DNA from: Hyalangium minutum
Lineage (GTDB): Bacteria; Myxococcota; Myxococcia; Myxococcales; Myxococcaceae
Reading direction: 5' to 3'
NCBI RefSeq assembly: GCF_000737315.1
Contig: NZ_JMCB01000026.1
Location: forward strand, 1-64,000
Length of the DNA: 64,000 nt
Shown: positions 7,913 through 17,115 of the stretch, piece by piece
Layout: every line of letters starts with the position of its first letter
Position numbering within the stretch: the first letter of the stretch is position 1
Made by a program: the position numbers and the translations under genes
The notes under the pieces: generated by a model
The model's input: the letters and a program-made list of their open reading frames with translations, nothing else
What the model was told of the DNA's origin: nothing
The model's database searches: none

Positions 7913-9691
7913 TCAGCGCCACCTCGTCACGGCCCGGGCATCGACCACTTTATCGATGATGGCATGGCCGGGCTTCGAGCCCGGATTCTTCTCCAAGCCC
8001 ACCTCGAAGCCACTACGCAACTCGATGCAGACGGGAACGGTGCTCCCATCAGGAAGGTGGGCACGGACATAGTGACCGTAGACGCGGTCCCCTGTCGTCC
8101 ACAGGTGCCCGTCCAACCGCATGTCCTCCGGCGCTTTTCCGAAGGGAAACACCAGAGACCCTGTCACGGGGCCATCCTTGACCTCCATGACGGCGTTCTC
8201 CTCGGTCTGCGCGATGCCCACCTTTTTAGGGTGCGGCCGGGTCACGTCGATCATGACGGTGGGGGTTTTGTAGTCGATATCGAGTACCCACCCGAGCGCC
8301 TTCATCGCCCGGATGGCTTCCTCAGGGCAGTCCCCAGGCTCTGGGCGTGTCTGGACACCGGAGCAGCCCGCTTGAAGCCATGCGGCAGAGGCCACGAGGA
8401 GCGCGCACCGCTCCAGCTTCGAGAGCCTGGACCGGGGTTGAGGCTTCTGGGTCTGTGGCGGAGGGGGAGCGCCGCGGGTGAGCGTGGGGGAATTGTCGGG
8501 TTGCTTCACGGAAGGGTGAGCCTCCTGCTGGGTAGGGAGCAACAAGGGTAACGGCGCGGGGCGGCTTGTCGGCTTTTCGGCCCCTGCAGGGGCTGCAGGC
8601 GGAGGGGGCGTGGCGGGCGTGTGCAGCAGGACGGTGACAGCGGCTGCCAGGATCCCCAGGGCCAGCCCCCCGGCGATGACAGGCCGCCGCCATGGCCGGC
8701 GCAAGGGGAGCGGAGCCTCCTCGACGGGCGCGGCCGCCGCTTCGGAAGGTTCGGGCGGCAGTTGCGAGGCGATGGGGTGAACGGGCGTGCCCCGCCAGTC
8801 CTCTCCCGTGAAACGCGCGAATTCCTCCAGCGGGCGCCGCGCGTCCTTCGCCGTCTGGGGCCGCTCCTCGGGATCGCGGTGGATGAGCGTCATCGCATAG
8901 CGGCTCAGCTCCTGCGGAACTCTTCCCTGAGTGGCCTGATGAGGGGTGGGAGGCTCCATCACCGCGTGCCCCAGCGGCGGCCTCCGCTCGCCGCGCGTGG
9001 GCAACGGGTCGGTGAGCACGTCATAGAGATCAGCCCCCAGCGCGAAGATGTCGTCCGTGGCCTTGAAGGTGTAACGGGCCTGCGGGTCGAGCTGGTGGGC
9101 CCTCCAGAAGCGTTGAGCCTCCGGGCTGCGGATGCGGGGTGTCCCCGGGGGCAGCGGTCCGTCCGTCAGCTCGTCGGCGGTGGCGTAGTCGGCCGCGCCA
9201 AAGTCGATGATGACCGGCTCGCCTTCCCGGGTGACCAGGATGTTCCGCAGACTCAAGTCGCGATGAAACATGTTGCGCGAGTGGATGTGCTCCAGCGCGT
9301 CGAACAGCTTGAGGAACAACACCACCACTTCATGCGGCGTCGGATGGGTCCGTTCCACCCACTGCGCCAGCGTGCAACCGTCCACGAAGTCCAGGACGAT
9401 GTAGAGAACGCCCGAGCGCGAGTCGGGCCAGCGCCCATGTGCCCACATGCGGATGATGTGGCGGTGTTGGAGCTGCTGCAGGCAGGCCACCTCCCGGCGG
9501 GCGCGTGCGTCCGTCTGCCGAGGGTCCTGGCTCCGCTCGGTCTGACAGGCCACCTTCAGCGCATACCGCTGTCCGTCCTTCTCCACCTCGTAGACAACCG
9601 CGTAGCCACCTCTGCCGATGCACCGGACGATGCGCCAGACATCCACCATCTGGCCCGGCTGGAGGTTCAAAGGATCCACTGACGCCACCAT
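7913..9691 (-). CDS. Transmembrane Ser/Thr protein kinase with C-terminal Cys-containing domain
   Basis: IGRGGYAVV, YALK, HRDLSLRN, IIDFG, RSPE, DIFALG; TM segment, Pro-rich linker, C-terminal domain. Confidence 0.9.
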   Translation of the reverse strand: MVASVDPLNLQPGQMVDVWRIVRCIGRGGYAVVYEVEKDGQRYALKVACQTERSQDPRQTDARARREVACLQQLQHRHIIRMWAHGRWPDSRSGVLYIVLDFVDGCTLAQWVERTHPTPHEVVVLFLKLFDALEHIHSRNMFHRDLSLRNILVTREGEPVIIDFGAADYATADELTDGPLPPGTPRIRSPEAQRFWRAHQLDPQARYTFKATDDIFALGADLYDVLTDPLPTRGERRPPLGHAVMEPPTPHQATQGRVPQELSRYAMTLIHRDPEERPQTAKDARRPLEEFARFTGEDWRGTPVHPIASQLPPEPSEAAAAPVEEAPLPLRRPWRRPVIAGGLALGILAAAVTVLLHTPATPPPPAAPAGAEKPTSRPAPLPLLLPTQQEAHPSVKQPDNSPTLTRGAPPPPQTQKPQPRSRLSKLERCALLVASAAWLQAGCSGVQTRPEPGDCPEEAIRAMKALGWVLDIDYKTPTVMIDVTRPHPKKVGIAQTEENAVMEVKDGPVTGSLVFPFGKAPEDMRLDGHLWTTGDRVYGHYVRAHLPDGSTVPVCIELRSGFEVGLEKNPGSKPGHAIIDKVVDARAVTRWR

Positions 9692-9713
9692 GCCGCGTAC
9701 CTCCCGCCTGTTG

Positions 9714-10628
9714 TTACAGCTTCACATTGGGAATGGACAGACAGCGGCTCCCGTCACCGTTGCACACCCGCAGGGTGTGCGGCTCCGTCAGCCGTGCTGG
9801 AGGCTGCCTCTCGGGCATCTCCACCTCGATGGCCACTGGGGAGGAGGCCCCTGGGGGAATCACGGCCTGGCCTGAGAGCACCGCGCGAGCGCGTCGCGGA
9901 GCCCCGCCTGCTGAAGGCGTCACCTCCGCCCACGCAGGCGCCCACGGCTCTCCGGCAAGGTTGCTCACATAGATGGCAGCCACGGTCCAGGTGGCCGCCC
10001 CAAACGCGTTGCACCCTGAGGCACGAAACGAACCGCTGGCTTTGAAGCACGCAGCACTCAAGTCCAGTCCTCGAATGCCGCCCTCGTCGACGACCCCTGC
10101 GAGCATAAAGGCGGCCGGGCTGAGCGTGGCGGGCCGTGCCTTCAACGCCTCCAGTTCCTGGCGCTGCGCCTCGCACCGCTCGTGCAGAGCGGACAGCTCC
10201 ACGCGGCACGCCTCGCCGGGCTGCTGCGGACGAAGAACGTTGACCACCTCATCTGCCCCTCCCGGCTGCCCGGTGAGCAGAAGCACGGCGCTGGCAGGAA
10301 ACCCCTCGCGGTAGGTGAGGCGCAGCGCCAGCCGCTCCGAGGGCCCCAGCGCCACGGCGGGAGAGAGCGTGACCGTGCGATCCCCCACATCCACCACCGC
10401 GAAGCGGGCCCGGCCTTCTACCTCGACCGCCTCCCGCACCAGGGGCGCGTCGAGGAGGAGCACCGTCACGGTGCCGGGCGCCAGGAAGATCAACGGTGAC
10501 TCGCTCGCCTGCCCCGTGAGCACGACGGAGCGCGGAGCGGAGCGCCCCACAAGCGCCGTCTGGGCAGATGCGGCAAGGGCAGCCAGCCACGTGGCGAGCG
10601 CAACAGCCAAGGTATTGGGTCGGAACAC
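9714..10628 (-). CDS. DUF2381-family protein (myxobacterial paralogous family)
   Basis: Signal peptide (ASA|Q); 'LAPGTVTVLLLDAPL...VEVEGRARF.VVDVG.RTVTL.P' and coiled-coil pattern; typical position upstream of a kinase. Confidence 0.75.
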   Translation of the reverse strand: MFRPNTLAVALATWLAALAASAQTALVGRSAPRSVVLTGQASESPLIFLAPGTVTVLLLDAPLVREAVEVEGRARFAVVDVGDRTVTLSPAVALGPSERLALRLTYREGFPASAVLLLTGQPGGADEVVNVLRPQQPGEACRVELSALHERCEAQRQELEALKARPATLSPAAFMLAGVVDEGGIRGLDLSAACFKASGSFRASGCNAFGAATWTVAAIYVSNLAGEPWAPAWAEVTPSAGGAPRRARAVLSGQAVIPPGASSPVAIEVEMPERQPPARLTEPHTLRVCNGDGSRCLSIPNVKL

Positions 10629-10735
10629 GCAGGGGTAACCTCATGGGTAGGCCCCCACAGTAGCAGACGTGAGCGAGGACTCACGGTCCATGGTTCAGGA
10701 AGAGCCCATGGCATCCGCGTCTATACTCCGCGGCC

Positions 10736-11302
10736 ATGTCCGACTTCCGCTCACGGTTTCGAGTGTTGGCGTTCCTCCTCGGAGTACTCACGGGCTGCGC
10801 CGCGAGCAGCGCGCCTGGACCTGAATCCACTGCGGTCACGACGGTCATCATCGTGCGCCACGCAGAGAAGGACCTCACGCCCGGCCTGGCCGATCCCGGC
10901 CTCACCCCGGAGGGCCAGCAGCGCGCCCAGGCGTTGCGCGACACGCTGCGGAAGTCTCCCATCTCCGCCCTGTACACCACGGACACGGCCCGCACCCGGG
11001 CCACCCTCGCTCCGCTGGCGGCCAGCCGGAAGCTCGAGCCGCAAGTCTATGACGCCAAGCAGCCCGCCCTGTGGGTCCAGCGTCTGCGCAAGCAGCACCG
11101 TGGCCAAACGGTCGTGGTCGTGGGGCACGCCAACACCCTGCTCTCCTTGATCGACGCGCTGGGCGCCCCTCGGCCCGTGCCCGAGCTGTCCGACGCGGAT
11201 TACGACTACCTGTTCGAGGTGAAGCTCCCTCCAGAAGGCCGAGCCTCCGCCCGAGCCAGCCACTACGGCGCTCCGGCCCATACCGGATCCGGGATGCGTT
11301 GA
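10736..11302 (+). CDS. Histidine phosphatase (phosphoglycerate mutase/SixA-like) lipoprotein
   Basis: LTG-C lipobox; IIVRHAEK, LTPEGQQRA, RTRAT and VVVVGH motifs. Confidence 0.85.
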   Translation: MSDFRSRFRVLAFLLGVLTGCAASSAPGPESTAVTTVIIVRHAEKDLTPGLADPGLTPEGQQRAQALRDTLRKSPISALYTTDTARTRATLAPLAASRKLEPQVYDAKQPALWVQRLRKQHRGQTVVVVGHANTLLSLIDALGAPRPVPELSDADYDYLFEVKLPPEGRASARASHYGAPAHTGSGMR

Positions 11303-11369
11303 CCGCGTCGAAGCCTCCTCCCTACGCTCGCGCCCTCACGGCGCAGAGCCTTGTGAAGAAAGAGGAGTC

Positions 11370-13760
11370 ATGACGAACGCCAATTCCCGCAGTGGTGGGT
11401 CCAGTGTGAAGCGCGCCTTCCAGTTCGGTGAGAGGCCCTTCCTCAAGGGGGCCGGCACCCACTCACCCGAGGCTTGGTTCCTGGGCACCAAGGCCGAGAA
11501 CGTCGAGGAGCTCGAGCGGCTGGTGGTCGAGGCCATCCGCGATCACGCCTTCTGGCGGCGGAACTTCCACCCGCAGGATCCCACGCACATCACCGAGCAA
11601 TCCAAGCGGCACCCGGCGTACCTCCACGCGATGGACTCGCTGAAGGACAACTTCCGCTCGCTCCTGTCGTTCCTCAAGAAGTCCGTCCCCTTCTTCAGCG
11701 GCCGGTACCAAGGCCACATGAACTGGGACACCACGCTCCCCAGCGTGCTCGGTTACTTCGCGGCCATGCTCTACAACCCCAACAACGTCGCGTTCGAGGG
11801 GTCTACCGCCACCACGATGCTCGAGATGATCGTGGGAGACGATCTGTGCCGGATGCTCGGCTACAGCATCCCCGACGAGGACGCCATCTCCAAGGGAGCC
11901 ATCCGGCCCTGGGGGCACATCACCTGCGGTGGCACCATCGCGAACATCGAGGCCATCTGGTCCGCCCGGAACCTCAAGCTCTATCCCCTCGCGCTGCGCG
12001 AGGCCCTCAAGGCCGAGCCCTCCCTCGCGGCGGCGCGCGCGTTCACCGTCACCACGTGCGAGGGGAAGACCGAGCCGCTGTCATCGCTCGACACGTGGTC
12101 ACTCCTCAACCTCAAGGTCGATGACATCCTCGCCCTACCCGGGCGCTTGACGGCCGAGCACGGAATCTCGGGCGACACCATCACCGCGGCCCTGTCGAAG
12201 CACTCGGTCCAGCACCTCGGCGTCCTCGAGTTCTCGAGGCGCTACCTGGGGGATGTGAAGACCTCTCCGGTGGTGCTGGTCCCCGCGACGAAGCACTACT
12301 CGTTCCCCAAGGCGGCGGCGGTCCTCGGCCTCGGCTCGGCGAACGTGATTGACGTGCCCGTGGATCGCGACGCGCGGATGAGCCTCCCGGAGCTCGAGCG
12401 CATCTTGAGAGAGTGCCTCGTGGCGCGGAGGCCGGTCTACACGGTGGTCGGTGTGATTGGGAGCACGGAAGAGAGCGCGGTGGATCCGCTGAAGGGGATC
12501 CTCGAGCTGCGCCACGCCCTGCAGAAGAGCGGGCTGTCGTTCACGGTCCACGCGGACGGCGCCTGGGGCGGGTATTTCGCCTCCGTGCTGCGCCCCGATG
12601 AGGGTCCGCGCAAGAAGGAGACACCGCATGACCCGCCGCCCGAGGTGGGGATGAGCGGGTACGTGACGGCCCAGCTCTCGGCGCTCTCCAGGGCCGACTC
12701 CATCACGGTGGATCCGCATAAGTCGGGCTACATCCCGTACCCGGCAGGGGCGCTCTGCTACCGGAACGGGGCCATGCGCGACATGGTGACGTTCAAGGCG
12801 CCCTATATCGTCCACGGCGACGAGGAGCCCGCGGTGGGCATCTACGGACTGGAGGGCTCGAAGCCGGGGGCCGCGGTGGCGGCGGTGTACCTGAGCCACA
12901 AAGTGATTCGGCCCACGCGGAGCGGCTACGGGCAGATCCACAGGAGGGCGCTGTTCAACTGCAAGCGCTTCTACGCGCGGCTCCTGTGCATGGCTGGGCC
13001 AGAGGACCGGTTCGTGATTGTCCCGGTCCCTCGGCTCCAGGCGGAGATCGCTGGCGGCGACGTCGAGGCCGATGTGCAGTTCATCCGCGAGCGCATCCAC
13101 CGGAGGAGCGAAGAGGAGCTCCTGTCGGATCCCGAGGCCATGGCGCTCCTGCCCGAGCTCGGGCCCGATCAGAACATCCTGACCTACGCCGTGAACTTCA
13201 GGAACCCGGACGGCTCGCTCAACACGGATCTGGAGCTGGCCAACCGGCTGAACCGGGCCATCTATGATCTGCTGAGCATCGATCCCGGGGACGAGATCTA
13301 CGGCTACGGGATGATCGTGAGCACGACCGACTTCAGCGAGGAGCACTACGGGAAGACGTTCATCGAGGACTACAAGAAGCGCCTCGGTGTCGCGGCGTCG
13401 CCGGGCTCCACGGTGACAGTGCTCCGGTCCACGACGATGGCCCCGTGGCTCCTGTCGACCCCCGAAGGAAACTTCCTGGACGTGCTGGAGTTCGAGCTCC
13501 GCGACGCGATCCTGAAGTCGATGATGCGGGACTCGATGCTCCAGATCTTCAATGAGATCGACACGAACAAGGACGGCGTCCTGGACGTGCCGGAGGTGAT
13601 GGGCAAGTTCCGCGAGAAGGGCTACCACGACGAGGAGATCGACGCGTTCTTGCAGATGTGCGACCTCGACAAGAGCGGAACGGTGTCCATGGAGGAGTTC
13701 CTGGGCGCGTTCTCGCACTTCGTGGCCAAGTCGAAGCTCGCGGGCGGCGCCAGCGCTTGA
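11370..13760 (+). CDS. Group II PLP-dependent amino-acid decarboxylase fused to two EF-hands
   Basis: YQGHM, HITCGGTIAN, KHYSFPKAA, HADGAWGGY, DSITVDPHK (PLP Lys), LEGSKPG; C-terminal DTNKDGVLDVPE and DLDKSGTVSMEE. Confidence 0.92.
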   Translation: MTNANSRSGGSSVKRAFQFGERPFLKGAGTHSPEAWFLGTKAENVEELERLVVEAIRDHAFWRRNFHPQDPTHITEQSKRHPAYLHAMDSLKDNFRSLLSFLKKSVPFFSGRYQGHMNWDTTLPSVLGYFAAMLYNPNNVAFEGSTATTMLEMIVGDDLCRMLGYSIPDEDAISKGAIRPWGHITCGGTIANIEAIWSARNLKLYPLALREALKAEPSLAAARAFTVTTCEGKTEPLSSLDTWSLLNLKVDDILALPGRLTAEHGISGDTITAALSKHSVQHLGVLEFSRRYLGDVKTSPVVLVPATKHYSFPKAAAVLGLGSANVIDVPVDRDARMSLPELERILRECLVARRPVYTVVGVIGSTEESAVDPLKGILELRHALQKSGLSFTVHADGAWGGYFASVLRPDEGPRKKETPHDPPPEVGMSGYVTAQLSALSRADSITVDPHKSGYIPYPAGALCYRNGAMRDMVTFKAPYIVHGDEEPAVGIYGLEGSKPGAAVAAVYLSHKVIRPTRSGYGQIHRRALFNCKRFYARLLCMAGPEDRFVIVPVPRLQAEIAGGDVEADVQFIRERIHRRSEEELLSDPEAMALLPELGPDQNILTYAVNFRNPDGSLNTDLELANRLNRAIYDLLSIDPGDEIYGYGMIVSTTDFSEEHYGKTFIEDYKKRLGVAASPGSTVTVLRSTTMAPWLLSTPEGNFLDVLEFELRDAILKSMMRDSMLQIFNEIDTNKDGVLDVPEVMGKFREKGYHDEEIDAFLQMCDLDKSGTVSMEEFLGAFSHFVAKSKLAGGASA

Positions 13761-13784
13761 CCGGCGGTCTGAGCGGCAGCAGGG

Positions 13785-13818
13785 GGCTCTCGGTGGCGAA
13801 TCGGTGCCACCGAGAGCC
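13785..13818. terminator. Hairpin between convergent genes (bidirectional terminator candidate)
   Basis: GGCTCTCGGTGGC-8 nt-GCCACCGAGAGCC: 13-bp perfect stem. Confidence 0.7.
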
Positions 13819-13836
13819 TTCAGACCGGCCGCCGGA

Positions 13837-16833
13837 CTACCAGGGGCAGTTGGCGACTTGCACGGTGCGCGTCACGGGCGTGGCGCTGTTGCCGCCGCTG
13901 TCCGTCAGCGAGTACGTCACCGTGTACGTGCCCGGCGCCCAGCCGTTCACCTCACCCGAGTGCCAGACCTGGGGCGACACGTCCCCGTAGCACGCGTCCG
14001 TGGCCTGCACGCCCGGGTCCACCCACGGGCTGCCACAGGTGTGCGTCATGAACGCGGGCCCGATGAGCTGCAGCGCAGGAGCCGTGCGATCGTCCACGTT
14101 CACCGTGCGGAGCGCGGACACCGTGCGCCCCGAGGCGTCCCACGCGGAGTACGAGACCGTGTAGGAGCCCTCGAAGGCCGTGTTGGGGCCGGGCCCGGAC
14201 GAGTCTGTCCCCGTGTTGTACGCGTGGACATCCAGCGCGTTGCCGCATGCGTCGAACGCCTGGGCGCCCGGATCCCCGTAGCGGCCCGCACCGCACTCCA
14301 CCGTGGTCACCGGTGAAGAGTTGAGCACGAGCTGGGGCTGCCCCTCGCAGCTCTCCGGGGGCCGGACATCGCTCACGAGCCGCAAGTAGATACGGGGCCC
14401 GCTGTTCGGGGAGGCAGTGAGCTGCTCATAGGAGGCCAGGAAGTGCCCACGGCCCCAGGCGGCGATTCCGGGCCGGTTGTAGGGGTGGGTCCGAAGCACG
14501 GAGAGCACCCGCTCCGCATCCGCCTCGAGCACGCCCTGCTTGGACACCCGCGTGCCGAGCAAGACCTTCGCACCGCCACGAGTGGCCGCCCATGCCACCC
14601 GGTAGTCCTGCCCGTCGAAGGTGGCCTCGGGGGCACTCAAGGCGGAGGCGCCGATGGCGATGTCCGCGGTCCCCAGCTTCACACCGTCCGAGGCGCTGAT
14701 CCGCCGCGCCCAGAGGGAGGTGTCGGGGGCCATCCAGGTCACCAGGAACTCGCCGCTGCGAGCCGCCACGGCCGGGTAGCCCTCCGCGCCCGAAGTGGCC
14801 GCCAGGGAGATGGGCGAGGTGTCGAGCACCTGTCCCGAAGCGCCGCTGATGCGGGCCGCCTCGACATCCTGATTTCTCTGCCAGCTCACCAGGAAGGTGC
14901 CGTTGGAACCGGCCACCCGGGCCTGGAAGCCGTCCCGAGCGATGATGCGGCTGTTGGGATCCACGAGGGTCCCATCCGGACGGACACGCATCATCTGGAT
15001 GCCGGTGAAGTACCCGTTCTCGTAATACCAACCATCCCACGTCACCAGGTAGTTCGTCCCATCGAAGGCCACCGCGGGATTCCACTGAGGCAGACCCTGG
15101 CCATTGGAGTTCGTGTTGCTGATGAGGAAGGGCGTGGAGTCGAGCACCGCCCCGTCCGAGGCCCTCACGCGGGCACCGTAGATGAGTGGGTAGCCGCCGA
15201 TCTGTGACCACACCACCAGGAAGTTCGTGCCGTCAAAAGCCACCGCGGGATAGACATCCGCGCTCGACTCCACCGTGCCGATCCGCAAGGGGGTGGCATC
15301 CAGCCTCGCGCCATCCGAGTTCCTCACGCGAACTCCCAAGATGTCAGGGCGGCTCCCGACGACCTCCGACCAGACCACCAGGGAGATGTCGGGGCCGGCC
15401 GCAGCCGCGGACCCAACGGGCGCATCATAGGGGAGCACCGATGTGGGCGGCTTGACCGCGAGTTCCTTCGAGACGAACGTCCCCTCCTCCGTCACCTGCC
15501 GCAGCTGGCCACGCGACTTGGACGCTGCCGTGTCGTGTGCCGTGTAGGTCATCAGGAGGCGGCCTGTGCCCACCGAGGCGAGGCTTCCAGGAAGGTTCTG
15601 GATGGCGGAGGAGACCGTCACCGGACCGAGCACGAGCTCCGCGTCATCGGGGACTGAGGCCCCTGAGGACAACCGCTGGACGATGGCCTGGCGTACCCCA
15701 TTGCGCTGGCCCTGCCAGCCCAGCCAGTAGTTGCTTCCGTCATGGGCCACCGCGGGGGCACTCAGGGCGGTCGTCCCTCCAAGGCCGGTCCAGGAGCGAA
15801 CCACGCTGCCGCTCACGGCATTCCATTCCTGGGCCGAGAGCGTGTTATCCGAGGCCTTCCAGCTCACCAGGAGGGTGGTTCCACTGCCACCGGCCACCGC
15901 GGGGCGCCCAGCGCCGGAGGCCGCCACGGAGAGAGGAACAACGGGGTCCATCACCTGCCCGGTCGGGGCATGGACGCGGGCGGCCTGGATTCCCTGCCGG
16001 TTCCAGGCCACAAAATAGACTCCGTCCGCATCCGCATAGGCGACCTGTGGAGAGGACGCCTCGCCTCGGGAGATGACGAAGCTATTGCCCTCGATGCACG
16101 TCCCGTCCGAGGGACGCACGCGGATCCCCAGGATGCCCTGGGAGACGGAGTTGCCCTCCCAGAAGTAGCCCGCCCAGGTCACCAGGTAGTTCGTCCCATC
16201 GAAGGCCACCGCCGGGGTGAACTGAGGAAGCGGCAAGCCCCCGGAGTTGGTGCGGCTGATGAGGAAGGGCGTGGAGTCGAGCACCGCGCCATCCGAGGCC
16301 CTCACCCGAGCGCCGTAGACGAGCGGGTAGCTGCTGATCTGCTCCCACACCACCAGGAAGTTGTCGCCGTCGAAAGCCACGGCGGGCCGGTACTGCGTGG
16401 TGCTCCCCGAGCCAATGAAGATGGGCGTGGCATCCAGCCGCACTCCATCCGAGGCCCTCACACGCACGCCCAGGACGTCCAGGCTGTTGGCCGCGGAGGA
16501 GCCCTCCACCCACACGGCGAGGTAGATGCCATTGCCTGCCGCCACCACCGTGGTGTCGTGTTCCGCAATGGCCACCGCCGCGGGGTTCAGCGGGGACTCG
16601 GGCGATATCTGGAACCCCAGCGCCGAAGCCTGTGTCTTCAGGCTCCCCTGCACGCCTTCGGGCTCCGCCGGGCCGGTGGGGCCGCAGGCTGCCAGCGTTC
16701 CCAAGAGGGCGCTGCATACCACCCACGCAGGCAATCCCTGGCGTTTGCTTTTGGGATTCGGGGGTTGAGGGTTCGGATGCCTTGTGACGATCCTGCGATG
16801 ATCTGGCTCGAAGAGGAAGTCCATGATCGTCAT
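13837..16833 (-). CDS. Large lipoprotein with repeated PAVAFDG.N[FY]LV.W blades and two C-terminal DUF5011/HYR-like Ig domains
   Basis: LAA-C lipobox; internally duplicated propeller-like block; two 'L.L.G......CG..[WY].DPG..A.DAC' domains. Start at 16833 or 16824. Confidence 0.8.
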   Translation of the reverse strand: MTIMDFLFEPDHRRIVTRHPNPQPPNPKSKRQGLPAWVVCSALLGTLAACGPTGPAEPEGVQGSLKTQASALGFQISPESPLNPAAVAIAEHDTTVVAAGNGIYLAVWVEGSSAANSLDVLGVRVRASDGVRLDATPIFIGSGSTTQYRPAVAFDGDNFLVVWEQISSYPLVYGARVRASDGAVLDSTPFLISRTNSGGLPLPQFTPAVAFDGTNYLVTWAGYFWEGNSVSQGILGIRVRPSDGTCIEGNSFVISRGEASSPQVAYADADGVYFVAWNRQGIQAARVHAPTGQVMDPVVPLSVAASGAGRPAVAGGSGTTLLVSWKASDNTLSAQEWNAVSGSVVRSWTGLGGTTALSAPAVAHDGSNYWLGWQGQRNGVRQAIVQRLSSGASVPDDAELVLGPVTVSSAIQNLPGSLASVGTGRLLMTYTAHDTAASKSRGQLRQVTEEGTFVSKELAVKPPTSVLPYDAPVGSAAAAGPDISLVVWSEVVGSRPDILGVRVRNSDGARLDATPLRIGTVESSADVYPAVAFDGTNFLVVWSQIGGYPLIYGARVRASDGAVLDSTPFLISNTNSNGQGLPQWNPAVAFDGTNYLVTWDGWYYENGYFTGIQMMRVRPDGTLVDPNSRIIARDGFQARVAGSNGTFLVSWQRNQDVEAARISGASGQVLDTSPISLAATSGAEGYPAVAARSGEFLVTWMAPDTSLWARRISASDGVKLGTADIAIGASALSAPEATFDGQDYRVAWAATRGGAKVLLGTRVSKQGVLEADAERVLSVLRTHPYNRPGIAAWGRGHFLASYEQLTASPNSGPRIYLRLVSDVRPPESCEGQPQLVLNSSPVTTVECGAGRYGDPGAQAFDACGNALDVHAYNTGTDSSGPGPNTAFEGSYTVSYSAWDASGRTVSALRTVNVDDRTAPALQLIGPAFMTHTCGSPWVDPGVQATDACYGDVSPQVWHSGEVNGWAPGTYTVTYSLTDSGGNSATPVTRTVQVANCPW

Positions 16834-17115
16834 GCCTTTCCACAGGGGAATCCCTGCCCAGGAATGAGCAGAGAGGGCCTCGCGGCCCGGCGGCATTAGA
16901 GCAAGCCTTCACTTTTTATGTATAGCTTTAAACCCGTAGTGCAGCACGTCATGGCAGGGATTCAGACAGAGGTAAGTGTGTGATTGAGGCGTGGCTGGCA
17001 TGTCTGCTCCTACCTTTGGCGACGAGGCAGACCGTCCTCACGCCTCGGACGCCCTGCCAATTCTTTTGGACGGGGTGACATGGCGCGTCCACGGAAGCCC
17101 GCGTATTTTCGGGCC

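Noticed and set aside
16940-17010. Sigma54 promoter (TGGCA-containing motifs) upstream of pirin
   Set aside because: No GC at the -12 position with correct spacing.
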